Assembly: GCA_963718665.1 (NCBI GenBank) | Contig: OY970359.1 | Coordinates: 2,496,001 to 2,560,000 of the forward strand | Source: an uncultured Phycisphaerales bacterium | GTDB lineage: Bacteria; Planctomycetota; Phycisphaerae; Sedimentisphaerales; Anaerobacaceae | DNA length: 64,000 bases | Reading direction: 5' to 3' | Shown here: positions 9,127-18,959 of the stretch, piece by piece | How positions within the stretch are numbered: the first letter of the stretch is position 1 | How the letters are laid out: every line of letters starts with the position of its first letter | The notes under the pieces: generated by a model | The model's database searches: none | What the model was told of the DNA's origin: nothing | The model's input: the letters and a program-made list of their open reading frames with translations, nothing else | Position numbers and translations under genes: made by a program

Positions 9127-10611
9127 ATGGCATTATTATTCGGTTATGATATTGGCAGCTCGTCGATAAAGGCGACGCTGATGGAAGCGGAATCAGGCAA
9201 AGTACTCGCGTCGGCGACAGTGCCGGACAGGGAGATGGAAATCATCGCGAAAAAGCCCGGCTGGGCGGAACAGCACCCGCAAACCTGGTGGGATAATGTC
9301 GTTGCTGCCACACAAAAGATAAAAGCGCAGACCAATTTCGCCGCGGGAGACGTCAGGGCAATCGGAATATCGTACCAGATGCACGGTCTGGTGGTTATTG
9401 ACGCCAAACACGAGGTTCTCAGGCCCGCGATAATCTGGTGCGACAGCAGAGCGGTCGAAATCGGAAAAAAGGCGATGAAAAGTATCGGTGAGAAAAAATG
9501 CCTGACGCATCTTTTGAATTCCCCCGGTAACTTCACCGCGTCAAAACTCAAATGGGTCAAAGACAACGAGCCGAAGATTTACGCGAAGATTTATAAGATG
9601 ATGCTCCCCGGCGATTATATTGCGATGAAGATGACCGGCGAAGTCAAGACCACGCCATCTGGGCTTTCGGAAGGCATAATGTGGGACTTCAAGGAGGAAG
9701 GGCCGGCACAGCTTGTTTGCGGACAATATGGTATTTCGCAAAATCTTGTCGCGGAGGCGATGCCGACGTTTTCGGTTCAGGGGCATCTTACGAAGGAATC
9801 AGCCAATTTGCTGGGATTGAAGGCGGGCACTATTGTTTCTTACAGGGCGGGCGACCAGCCGAATAACGCGCTATCACTGAATGTTCTCAATCCCGGTGAG
9901 ATAGCGGCTACCGCGGGGACATCGGGAGTTGTGTATGGAATCACCGCCAAGGCGAAATACGACGCCAAATCGAGGGTCAATACGTTTGTTCACGTCAATC
10001 ACAGCGCGGACAAGCCAAGATACGGCGTGCTGCTTTGCGTAAACGGCACGGGAATACTTAATAGCTGGCTAAAGCACAACACGGGGGCGATTGATTATCC
10101 TGAAATGAACGCTCTTGCGGAAAAAGTTCCGGTCGGCTCTGATGGTCTTGTGATTTTGCCTTATGGCAACGGCGCGGAGCGGACTCTCGAAAACAAAAAT
10201 CTCGGTGCTTCGATACACGGCCTGAATTTCAATATTCACAACAAGTCGCATTTGCTGCGGGCCGGGCAGGAGGGAATTGTCTTTGCACTAAATTACGGGC
10301 TTGAGATTATGAGAGGTGCGGGCGTTGAGGTGCGGACGGTCAGGGCGGGTTGCGCAAATATGTTCCTTAGCCCTATTTTTGCCGAGGCGTTTGCGACGGT
10401 TACAAAGTCGGTTGTGGAATTGTATAACACCGACGGTTCACAGGGGGCCGCACGCGGGGCTGGAATCGGCGCCGGGTTATACAGAGACGCCAAAGACGCG
10501 TTCGCGGGCCTGAAACCTGTAAAGAAAATAGAGCCAAATAAGAAATTGACAGCAGCATACGAAAACGCTTATAAGAAATGGTTTGGGATTCTAAAACAGC
10601 AGTTACAGTAA
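9127..10611 (+). CDS. xylB: Xylulokinase (FGGY kinase)
   Basis: GYDIGSSSIK, GWAEQHP, GISYQMHG, IIWCDSR, RAGDQPNNA; adjacent to isomerase. Confidence 0.85.
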   Translation: MALLFGYDIGSSSIKATLMEAESGKVLASATVPDREMEIIAKKPGWAEQHPQTWWDNVVAATQKIKAQTNFAAGDVRAIGISYQMHGLVVIDAKHEVLRPAIIWCDSRAVEIGKKAMKSIGEKKCLTHLLNSPGNFTASKLKWVKDNEPKIYAKIYKMMLPGDYIAMKMTGEVKTTPSGLSEGIMWDFKEEGPAQLVCGQYGISQNLVAEAMPTFSVQGHLTKESANLLGLKAGTIVSYRAGDQPNNALSLNVLNPGEIAATAGTSGVVYGITAKAKYDAKSRVNTFVHVNHSADKPRYGVLLCVNGTGILNSWLKHNTGAIDYPEMNALAEKVPVGSDGLVILPYGNGAERTLENKNLGASIHGLNFNIHNKSHLLRAGQEGIVFALNYGLEIMRGAGVEVRTVRAGCANMFLSPIFAEAFATVTKSVVELYNTDGSQGAARGAGIGAGLYRDAKDAFAGLKPVKKIEPNKKLTAAYENAYKKWFGILKQQLQ

Positions 10612-10646
10612 AAATATGACAGACAATCTAATAAGGAGCAGGTGAA

Positions 10647-11807
10647 ATGGCTGAGACACGAAGCGAAGTGAAGAGCCCCGAAGGGAAATCATTACACAGT
10701 ATATGCAGATGGACGTTTAATGCGGGTAAGGGCGGTTTTGTGCCTGGTGATATGAGGCCGGAATGGGGCGGGTCATTCGGCACGCCTGAAATGATTGAGT
10801 TGACGGCTAAAAAGGTCAGGCCGCGACTGCCGAAAAATGTCGAGTTGGCTATCGAGATGCACGTTGACGCTGAGGTTGATGAAAACAACGCCGAGGCCGT
10901 GGCGGATGCGCTTATTAGCAATAAATTGTATCTGGCGATGATAACGCCCGGCGCTCACAGCCACTTCGCTTATGGCGGCATAGCGTCGCTGGACCCAAAT
11001 GAGCGTAAGGCCGCTGAGGAACTGGGGACAAGAACCGTTGACCTTGCTTACGGGACACTGAGGAAGGCCTGGCATCCTGATATCAAAAAGGCGCCGTCGT
11101 TTGTGATTTGGAACGGCTCGTTTGGATACGATATCGCGACTGTGGGCGTTAAGCAGATGTATCAGAACCTCAAGGAAAGCGTCGCGGGGCTTTGCAAGTA
11201 CGAGCAGAAAAAGGGCGGCAATCTGCATATCGGATTTGAGCCGAAGCCAAACGAGGGGCACCCGGCGATGCTGATACCGACGGTGGCAAGCGCGATATTG
11301 TTCTGGAGGAGAATCGAGGAGGAATTCGGCGTACCGAGAAAGAACAAGGGCGTCAACAAGGAATTCGGCCATTCGGAAATGATTGGGCTGGACCACGTTT
11401 ACGACAGTGTTGAGGAGCTTGATAACGGTATGATGGTGCATATGCACCTTAACAGCCAGGGTTACAACGACGGGATAATTCTCGGCGGGCCTGGTAAGTA
11501 TGATATCGACCACGGCGCGAGAATCAACGGTATGAATATCGCGATTGCGGGGCTTATTCAGCAGGCGGGATATGCCCGTTGGAAGGGCCACGATATGCAG
11601 ACCCGTGCGTATGACAACGCTGAGCAGGGAATCGACAGGGTTATCAGAAGCGTATTGAGCTGGGAGGCGTGCGAAAAGGCCGCCAAAGGACTGAATACAA
11701 AGGCGTTGATGGCTTTACTTGCCAAACGCGAGACCGCAAAGGCCGAGGATATGATGCGTGCCGCGGTTGTGGCCGCCCAGAAGTATTTTGATGAGATGTA
11801 CAAGTAG
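10647..11807 (+). CDS. xylA: Xylose isomerase-like TIM-barrel protein (divergent, class I-like)
   Basis: RWTF, EPKPNE, NKEFGHSEMIGL, HMHLNSQ, YDID motifs; downstream of xylB. Confidence 0.7.
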   Translation: MAETRSEVKSPEGKSLHSICRWTFNAGKGGFVPGDMRPEWGGSFGTPEMIELTAKKVRPRLPKNVELAIEMHVDAEVDENNAEAVADALISNKLYLAMITPGAHSHFAYGGIASLDPNERKAAEELGTRTVDLAYGTLRKAWHPDIKKAPSFVIWNGSFGYDIATVGVKQMYQNLKESVAGLCKYEQKKGGNLHIGFEPKPNEGHPAMLIPTVASAILFWRRIEEEFGVPRKNKGVNKEFGHSEMIGLDHVYDSVEELDNGMMVHMHLNSQGYNDGIILGGPGKYDIDHGARINGMNIAIAGLIQQAGYARWKGHDMQTRAYDNAEQGIDRVIRSVLSWEACEKAAKGLNTKALMALLAKRETAKAEDMMRAAVVAAQKYFDEMYK

Positions 11808-11825
11808 CCGAAGCCCGGTTGCGAT

Positions 11826-11854
11826 TGACAAGACGCTGCTGAATCAATAAAATG
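11826..11854 (+). promoter_or_regulatory. Sigma70-type promoter
   Basis: ttgaca-N17-taaaat upstream of the 11919 gene. Confidence 0.5.
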
Positions 11855-11918
11855 AATAAACCCTTTTATTGGTTTTGTGGGTGGTTTGACTAATTTTAAC
11901 GAAGGAGATATACGCAAA

Positions 11919-12671
11919 ATGGCACGCAAAAGCATTCGCATAACAGCAAGTATAGCGTTGGTAATACTTTTGGGATTAGTTGCCGCGGCAACACTGAAAG
12001 CTGGGCCCAAATCCGCCGACGGCAATGCCCCGGCAACGGATACCAATGTCGTCGAGTCAAAGCCCGCCAGCGATTTAGTGCCTATACCGCTGGTTTTGCC
12101 CAAGCCGCAGTTTGTGGGTACGCCGCAGAATTTTCAGGGCATCGCGAATCTCGAAAAGCCGATAGGTAAACCCAGGGAGCCGTTTTACGCCCCAAAGGGG
12201 ACGACAAATGTTGCTTTTAAGAAGCCGGTGAAAAGCTCGGATGAGCAGCCGATTATCGGCGAAATCGAGATGATTACCGACGGGGACAAAGAAGCGACAG
12301 ACGGCAGCTACGTCGAATTAGGCCCGTTAAAACAAAATATAACCATCGACCTTGGGGCGTCATACAATATCTATGCCGTTGTAGTGTGGCATTATCACAA
12401 GCAGGCCCGTGTTTATAAGGACGTGATTGTGCAGGTCGCCGGCGACCCAGATTTTATTAAGAACGTCCAGACTATTTTCAACAATGACACGGACAACACA
12501 ATGGGCCTCGGCGCCGGCAAAGACAGGAATTATGTCGAGACATCCGAGGGCAAGCTCATCGACGCCAAAGGCGTGGTGGGCCGGTATGTTAGGTGTTACA
12601 GCAATGGCAACAGCGCTAACGACCTGAATAATTATATTGAGGTCGAGGTTTACGGAACGCCTGCGAAATGA
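11919..12671 (+). CDS. Exported discoidin/F5-8 type C-like (galactose-binding fold) protein
   Basis: Signal/anchor helix; TNVAFKKPV, ITIDLG, GRYVR, YIEVEVYG motifs; RBS gaaggag. Confidence 0.7.
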   Translation: MARKSIRITASIALVILLGLVAAATLKAGPKSADGNAPATDTNVVESKPASDLVPIPLVLPKPQFVGTPQNFQGIANLEKPIGKPREPFYAPKGTTNVAFKKPVKSSDEQPIIGEIEMITDGDKEATDGSYVELGPLKQNITIDLGASYNIYAVVVWHYHKQARVYKDVIVQVAGDPDFIKNVQTIFNNDTDNTMGLGAGKDRNYVETSEGKLIDAKGVVGRYVRCYSNGNSANDLNNYIEVEVYGTPAK

Positions 12672-12676
12672 AGTAG

Positions 12677-14257
12677 ATGAGATACTGGCTTGCAGTATCA
12701 GCCGTTCTGATTTTGGCCGCAGCATTGCGGATTTCCCGTTTGGATATCCGCCCGATGCACGGCGATGAAGCGGTCCACGCTTACCGATTCGGGCAGCTTC
12801 TCGAGGCAAACAACTATCGCTACGACCCGACCGAATTCCACGGGCCGACGCTGAATTATTTTACGCTGGTTTCCGCGTTGCTTTCCGGCCAGCATACCTA
12901 CGCTTCACTTACAGAAATAACGCTGCGAATTGTGCCGGTATTTTTCGGACTGATTTTAGTCCTGATGCCTTTGTTGCTGATGGATGGTCTTGGCAGACCT
13001 GTCGCGGTGGTTGCCGCTGCGCTTACGGCGATTTCGCCCGCGTTTGTTTTTTACAGCCGATATTATATCCCGGAAATGCTGCTTGTTTGTTTTACTTTCG
13101 GGATGATTGTATCGGGATACAGGTATGCTCGCAGCCCAAAGTGGATATGGGCGCTGCGGACGGGGGTATTTGCGGCGTTGTGCTTTGCCACAAAAGAAAC
13201 GTCCGTCATTGCTTTTGGTGCGGTTATAGTTGCTTTGGCGATTGCGCTGTTGACTCGCAAAGACGGCAGGGCGACGCTTAATCTGGTGCGCCCCGGTCAT
13301 TTGGTTTTGGCGATTATTGGTGCGATAGTTGTATGGGGATTATTTTATTCTTCCTTTTTCAAAAATCCGGCCGGATTGCTCGATTCATTCAGAACCTACA
13401 CCATATATTTTGAGCGAGCGGGTCATAATCAGCTTCATATTTATCCGTGGTATTATTATTTGCAGTTGCTGATTTATAGTAAGGCCGGGATGGGGCCGCC
13501 GTGGACTGAAGGGTTTATAGTGGTAATGGCTTTAGTAGGCCTGTTAGTTATTATAAGCAGGCGGGGCGTATCCGGCCTCGATTCAAACCTGCTTAAATTT
13601 ATTGCCTGTTACACTGTGATAATGACCGTCGTTTATTCGGCGATACCCTATAAGACACCGTGGTGCCTGCTGAGTTTTTATCAGGGTATGATTCTGCTGG
13701 CGGCGGTTGCCGTTGTCGCGGTAGTTAATTCGCTTGGGCGGGTGTTGTCTCGAATAATAATAGTCCTGTTTTTTCTGGTGTTCGCAACGGACCTGTGCTT
13801 AGAGGCGTTTCTGGCGAGCCGTGTTTATGACGTTAATGCCGGCAATCCTTATGTATATGCTCACCCGACAAAAGACGTGCTGACAATCGCCCGGCGAGTC
13901 GGGGAAGTTTCACGAGCGTATCCGGCGGGGGTCGATATGCCGGTACTGGTGGTTTGTCCCGATGGTGATTATTGGCCGTTGCCGTGGTATCTGCGCTCAT
14001 TCAAAAACGTGGGCTATTATAATGATGTTAACGAGATTAGCACGCCTGCGCCGGTCGTAATCGCATCCGCCGGTTTTCAGGAGCGGCTTATAGGTCGATT
14101 GTTTGATATTGCACCGGCGGGGCAGAAAAATCTTTATGTCCCCCTGTTCGATAAAGGTATTGAGCTTAGGCCTCAGGTCGAGCTTCGCGGCTACGTAACA
14201 AAAGACCTCTGGGACCAATGGCAATCGAGCAAATCCGATAATCAGGTCGTCAAATGA
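12677..14257 (+). CDS. GT-C membrane glycosyltransferase (TIGR03663/Agl23-like)
   Basis: RPMHGDEAVH, YRYDPTEFHGP, FYSRYY, ATKET, YWPLPWYLR; multi-TM. Confidence 0.75.
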   Translation: MRYWLAVSAVLILAAALRISRLDIRPMHGDEAVHAYRFGQLLEANNYRYDPTEFHGPTLNYFTLVSALLSGQHTYASLTEITLRIVPVFFGLILVLMPLLLMDGLGRPVAVVAAALTAISPAFVFYSRYYIPEMLLVCFTFGMIVSGYRYARSPKWIWALRTGVFAALCFATKETSVIAFGAVIVALAIALLTRKDGRATLNLVRPGHLVLAIIGAIVVWGLFYSSFFKNPAGLLDSFRTYTIYFERAGHNQLHIYPWYYYLQLLIYSKAGMGPPWTEGFIVVMALVGLLVIISRRGVSGLDSNLLKFIACYTVIMTVVYSAIPYKTPWCLLSFYQGMILLAAVAVVAVVNSLGRVLSRIIIVLFFLVFATDLCLEAFLASRVYDVNAGNPYVYAHPTKDVLTIARRVGEVSRAYPAGVDMPVLVVCPDGDYWPLPWYLRSFKNVGYYNDVNEISTPAPVVIASAGFQERLIGRLFDIAPAGQKNLYVPLFDKGIELRPQVELRGYVTKDLWDQWQSSKSDNQVVK

Positions 14258-14266
14258 GAGCAAGTT

Positions 14267-15247
14267 ATGGCTGAGCAGCAACCTGATACAATCTCGTTTG
14301 AAAAAGACCGGTGCGGAATCGCCAATCTCAGCTCGTTTAAACATAACGCAATGGCGGCGACGTTCGAGATATTCATAGTTCATCGAGATGCAGTTTACGC
14401 TGAGCAGGCCGCGTGGGCGGCGTTTGAAGAGCTTGACCGCATCGAAAACAATCTCAGCCGATTTATGGATAACAGCGACGTTTCGCGAATTAACTCTCTC
14501 GCCGCAAATCAGCCGCTGCAACTCGGCCCGACGGCTTTCGAATGTCTGGCGACAAGTATTGAGTTGTCTATACAAACAAAAGGGGCTTTTGATATTACAA
14601 TCGGCCCATTGTATGACTGCTGGCTCGATAAAGACCGGACGCCTCGTAATCCGTCGAAAAAGGATATTGAGGCCGCACTTAAAAAAATGGGCAACAATCT
14701 GCTTGTGCTTAACGAGACCGAACATACCGTTACCTTAAGAAGCGATGATGTCAGAATTGATTTCGGCGCGGTCGGCAAAGGTTACGCCGCGGACAAAATC
14801 GCACAGTTACTTGGCGAGTGGGGGATAAAGGTCGCTCTTATTTCAGCGGGACAAAGCACGATTTTGCCTGTTGGCGTCCCGGATGGTTTAGCGGGCTGGC
14901 CTATATCGTTGTCAGACCCGGCGGATTACAGCCGACTCATTGCGAAGATTAATTTGGCGGGCAGGGCGATTAGCGCATCTGGGCTGCGCAAGGGACAACA
15001 CATAATAAATCCGCGTTCAGGAAAACCGGTTACGAGGCCTGGCGCGTGGTCAATGGCAAAGACGGCTGCCGAGGCGGACGCTCTCTCGACAGCTTTTATG
15101 GTGATGCCGGCTAACGCGGTGCAATCTTTTTGCGAGAAGCACCGTGATGCCTCTGCTCTGCTGGCTTTATCAGGTAAAAGCAAAAAGACGGGTGGTCGAA
15201 TCCTGCGTTTCGGGCGATGGGGAAGGGCGAATTTTTACTCGAAGTAA
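14267..15247 (+). CDS. apbE: FAD:protein FMN transferase (ApbE family), no signal peptide
   Basis: AMAATF, SDVSRIN, GAFDITIGPL, DFGAVGKGYAAD, HIINPRSG, ADALSTA. Confidence 0.85.
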   Translation: MAEQQPDTISFEKDRCGIANLSSFKHNAMAATFEIFIVHRDAVYAEQAAWAAFEELDRIENNLSRFMDNSDVSRINSLAANQPLQLGPTAFECLATSIELSIQTKGAFDITIGPLYDCWLDKDRTPRNPSKKDIEAALKKMGNNLLVLNETEHTVTLRSDDVRIDFGAVGKGYAADKIAQLLGEWGIKVALISAGQSTILPVGVPDGLAGWPISLSDPADYSRLIAKINLAGRAISASGLRKGQHIINPRSGKPVTRPGAWSMAKTAAEADALSTAFMVMPANAVQSFCEKHRDASALLALSGKSKKTGGRILRFGRWGRANFYSK

Positions 15248-15261
15248 TGCGGGATATTTGT

Positions 15262-15981
15262 TTAAGTTGATTTTCTTATTTTCAGCAGTTCTGAAAGTAT
15301 TCGCCAAAAGCTTTTTGCTGGTGAAAGCCGGCTGTCGAGGTCGCATGTCCAGTCGATGGGAAATTCCGCGATTCTGTAATGCTGATTTATAGCCCGCCTG
15401 ATTATTTCGATATCGAACATAAAGCCGTCGGTTATGCACTGACCATAAAGCAGGCGAGCGACGTCACCGCGGTAAATTTTGAAGCCGCACTGAGTGTCCG
15501 TGAGCTGGGCTGGCAGTTTCATCATTCGTATTACAAACCAGTGAAAAAGCGCCGAGCAGATATGCCTATAAAGCCCCTGGTCTTTTACGAGGTGCGTCCC
15601 GGCTAATTTACGAGAACCGTGAGCGATATCGTATTTGCCGGTTTTGAGCAGTTCCAGTCCTCGCAGGATATTATCGGGAGGGACGCAACTGCCGCTGTCC
15701 GCGAACATCACGTAATCGCCGGTCGTCTGGATTATTCCGCTGCGGACGGCGTATCCTTTGCCGTGGCGATGCCGGTTTCGGATTACATTGATTCGTATCC
15801 GGCTGTTATATTTATCGCCCGCTTTTTGTGCTTCGTCAGCCGTTGTGTCGCTGCTGCCGTCGTCGGCAACTATAACTTCCCCGTCGAAGCTGTTTTTCAG
15901 GAGAAATTCGCAGGCGGATTCGACGTCGCGTCCGATTTTGCCGCATTCATTAAATGCAGGGATGACGATTGACAGCTTCAT
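15262..15981 (-). CDS. GT2 polyprenyl-phosphate glycosyltransferase (DPG synthase-like)
   Basis: LSIVIPAFNE, DDGSSD, GKGYAVR, DTQCGFK, FDIE. Confidence 0.85.
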   Translation of the reverse strand: MKLSIVIPAFNECGKIGRDVESACEFLLKNSFDGEVIVADDGSSDTTADEAQKAGDKYNSRIRINVIRNRHRHGKGYAVRSGIIQTTGDYVMFADSGSCVPPDNILRGLELLKTGKYDIAHGSRKLAGTHLVKDQGLYRHICSALFHWFVIRMMKLPAQLTDTQCGFKIYRGDVARLLYGQCITDGFMFDIEIIRRAINQHYRIAEFPIDWTCDLDSRLSPAKSFWRILSELLKIRKST

Positions 15982-16012
15982 CAGGTTCCTTGATTCTCGC
16001 ATCGGGAGAACT

Positions 16013-17428
16013 TTAGCTTGCCTGGAAACGAACCTTGGCCTGGCCGATGAGATAGAAACTTCCCGTAATGCAGACAAGGTCTTCCTTGCCTACTGCGTTT
16101 TTTGCCAGACGAAGCGCCTCCCCAAGAGCGGGGGCGGTTTGGCACATCTTGCCGGATATGGCAATGTATTTTTCAGCCAGCTCATCGGGCGACATCGCTT
16201 TGAGGGAGTTGCTGCGAGTGAAAATCACCTTATCGGCGCCGAATTGCAGCTCCTGGAGCATTCCAGCGACGTCTTTATCATCGTTACAGCCGAAGATTAC
16301 TATCATCGAATCGTAGGGGATGCTCTGGCCTATCGCGTGCATAAGCGCTCTTATGCTTGCGGCGTTGTGCGCACCGTCTATGAGGACTCGCGGGTCTTCA
16401 CAAATCATCTCCATACGGCCCGACAATTTGACTTTTGCAAGGCCTGTGACCGTTTTATCGTTATCTATCTCGAAACCGCAACCCTTGAGCTTGTCGAGCA
16501 TCGCAAGAGCGAGACCGCAGTTTACCGCCTGATGAATGCCGAGCAGCGGGACTCGAAAGTGCTCAAATTTGCTGGTGGGCGTTGTCAGGCACACGCGATT
16601 ATGCGGCCCGTGCTCGGACGACGTCTCAAAGCGATGCGAGAAATCGATATCTACGCCGGTTACGCTGATTGGCGCCTTGACTGCCGCGGCCTGCGCCCTC
16701 AGCACCCGCATTGCGTTAGGGTCCTGCTGGACCGTTACGATGGGGACACCCGGCTTGAAAATACCGGCCTTTTCCTTTGCGATTTCTTCTATCGTGTTTC
16801 CCAGTTGTTTCTGATGGTCGAAGCTCAGATTGGTGATGCCGACGACCTTTGGCTTTATCACATTGGTGCTGTCTAATCGACCGCCAAGGCCCGTCTCAAT
16901 TACCGCGACATCCGCCTTGGTATCCGCAAAGTGCATAAAGGCGAGCGCCGTAATTATCTCAAAGAAAGTCGGGGCGCTGGTTTTTGAAACGGTTTCGACC
17001 GCTTTGTATATACGGTTAAGCAAACCGAGCATCGCGGTTTTAGTTATCATTTCAGAGTTGACCATAATTCGCTCGTGCAGGTTAACCACGTGCGGCGAGG
17101 TGTACAGGCCGACCTTATAGCCGTTTGCTTCGAGCATATTCGCAAGCATTGTGGCGGTACTGCCTTTACCTTTTGTACCGGCTATATGGACTGTATCGAT
17201 TTTGGTGTGAGGATTACCTACCAGCGAAAGCAAATGCTCCATCCGCTTCAGGTTGAACGTATCGACGTTGTATCGTAAGTGCTTTTCCTGCTCGTAGTTA
17301 GTTCTATTAAAAAGGTATTTGATTGCCTCATCGTATGTCTTGAAGGGTTTGCGCGAGACCACCACCGCCGTTTTAGAGGTGCGGCCTTTTGCCTGTTTCT
17401 TCCGAGTTTTCGTAATGCTTCGTACCAT
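16013..17428 (-). CDS. folC: Folylpolyglutamate synthase/dihydrofolate synthase
   Basis: HIAGTKGKGST, YTSPH, ETGLGGRLDSTN, DGAHN, GSFYLIG. Confidence 0.95.
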   Translation of the reverse strand: MVRSITKTRKKQAKGRTSKTAVVVSRKPFKTYDEAIKYLFNRTNYEQEKHLRYNVDTFNLKRMEHLLSLVGNPHTKIDTVHIAGTKGKGSTATMLANMLEANGYKVGLYTSPHVVNLHERIMVNSEMITKTAMLGLLNRIYKAVETVSKTSAPTFFEIITALAFMHFADTKADVAVIETGLGGRLDSTNVIKPKVVGITNLSFDHQKQLGNTIEEIAKEKAGIFKPGVPIVTVQQDPNAMRVLRAQAAAVKAPISVTGVDIDFSHRFETSSEHGPHNRVCLTTPTSKFEHFRVPLLGIHQAVNCGLALAMLDKLKGCGFEIDNDKTVTGLAKVKLSGRMEMICEDPRVLIDGAHNAASIRALMHAIGQSIPYDSMIVIFGCNDDKDVAGMLQELQFGADKVIFTRSNSLKAMSPDELAEKYIAISGKMCQTAPALGEALRLAKNAVGKEDLVCITGSFYLIGQAKVRFQAS

Positions 17429-17813
17429 AAAAACCTGAGTATAACACAATACCTTGTGTTTTTCAACTTAATAGGCCCGTTAATCGCACAGAATGCTGTT
17501 TTACAGGCAAACCGTAAACATAACTCGTTGTTAAAAATAAGGTTATGAATGCGACAATATACGATTCTTTTGCCTTGGGTGAGCCGTAGTATTAGGAAAC
17601 CCAAATATGTTATTATGAGTGCTTATAATGCGACAAGAATTCGCAAACTACAAGGCCCAAACTGCAATTATATACGGAATTAGAGAGTGGTTGTTCACCT
17701 GGCAGTAGTGACAAGCTGGCTTATATGTTTTATCGTCGTATCATAATTTGACTTGACCTTACACAATGGGGACATATACTCTTGTGGTAATTGTTTTAAA
17801 TTCAGGTTGTTTA

Positions 17814-18959
17814 ATGCACCCAAATTCACCGGATATCGAGAAGTGGTTGAAACTGGCAGGCGCGGAAGGCGTCGGCCCGGTTACTTTTGGCAAGATGCTC
17901 GCTTATTTCGGTTCGCCGGAAAGAGTTCTTGGTGCGTCGGCTTATGAACTGGCGAAAGTTGAAGGGATAGGTCTTCACACCGCGGAAAAAATTGCGGCCA
18001 GTTGTGATAAAAGGGATGCCGAAGCCGAACTGACATTGGCTGAAAAACTTGGGGTATGGATTATTCACCTTCAGGATGAACGTTACCCGGCACAGCTAAA
18101 ACTTATTTACGACCCGCCTCCTCTTTTATATGTCAAAGGAACTCTCGTTGAGTCGGATAATCTTAGTGTGGCGATAGTGGGGTCCCGGCGGTGCAGCTTA
18201 TACGGCAGCGAGCAGGCGTCGCGATTCGCGCACATATTGGCAGGCGCAGGTTTTACAATATGCTCAGGATTGGCGCGCGGCATCGACACCGCGGCTCATC
18301 AGGGCGCTCTTGCCGCCGGCGGACGCACCATCGCGGTCGAGGGCTGTGGATTAGCCAATGTATTTCCCCCCGAAAATAAAAAGTTATTCGATTCAATTGT
18401 CGAATCCGGCGAATGCGTAAGTGAATTGCCTATTCGTTATGAACCTTTGGCTGAGAATTTTCCCCCTCGCAACAGGATTATAGCCGGCTTGTCTCTGGGG
18501 ACAATCGTTATCGAGGCGGGCAGCAATTCCGGTGCGCTTCATACCGCCAAATCGGCTCTGGAATATAATCGCGAGGTTATGGCCATGCCGGGCAAAATCG
18601 ATTCTCCGCTAAGCAGGGGAGCCAATCAGTTGATTAAGCAGGGGGCCAAATTAGTTGACTGCGTCGATGACATAATGGAGTCGCTTGGGTACATAGGCGA
18701 CAAAATAAGAGGGCACGTTAATCAGCAGGCCGATTTGCTTACGGCGAAAGCCGAGATGCCTTTGTTCGATATCGCCCAGTTAAACCTCAACGCCGGCGAA
18801 AAATCGGTTTATGAGTGTCTGCATAGCGAGCCAGTTCATATTGAGCAGATTATCGAGGATTCGCAATTGCCGGCGGGAACCGTAAACGCCTCGATTGTTT
18901 CGCTGCGATTAAAAGGCCTGGTGAAGCAATTGCCGGGCAGTATGTTCGTGCGAAAGTAA
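17814..18959 (+). CDS. dprA: DNA-processing protein DprA
   Basis: DPPPLLY, AIVGSR, SGLARGID, FPPRNRIIAG, C-terminal winged helix. Confidence 0.95.
   Translation: MHPNSPDIEKWLKLAGAEGVGPVTFGKMLAYFGSPERVLGASAYELAKVEGIGLHTAEKIAASCDKRDAEAELTLAEKLGVWIIHLQDERYPAQLKLIYDPPPLLYVKGTLVESDNLSVAIVGSRRCSLYGSEQASRFAHILAGAGFTICSGLARGIDTAAHQGALAAGGRTIAVEGCGLANVFPPENKKLFDSIVESGECVSELPIRYEPLAENFPPRNRIIAGLSLGTIVIEAGSNSGALHTAKSALEYNREVMAMPGKIDSPLSRGANQLIKQGAKLVDCVDDIMESLGYIGDKIRGHVNQQADLLTAKAEMPLFDIAQLNLNAGEKSVYECLHSEPVHIEQIIEDSQLPAGTVNASIVSLRLKGLVKQLPGSMFVRK

Noticed and set aside
10773..11591. 272-aa minus-strand ORF and similar long antisense ORFs (13997-14725, 25994-26638, 54681-55322)
   Set aside because: They overlap well-supported genes on the opposite strand and are codon-bias shadows
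15758..16876. 372-aa plus-strand ORF
   Set aside because: Antisense shadow of folC and the GT2 gene, with no recognisable motifs
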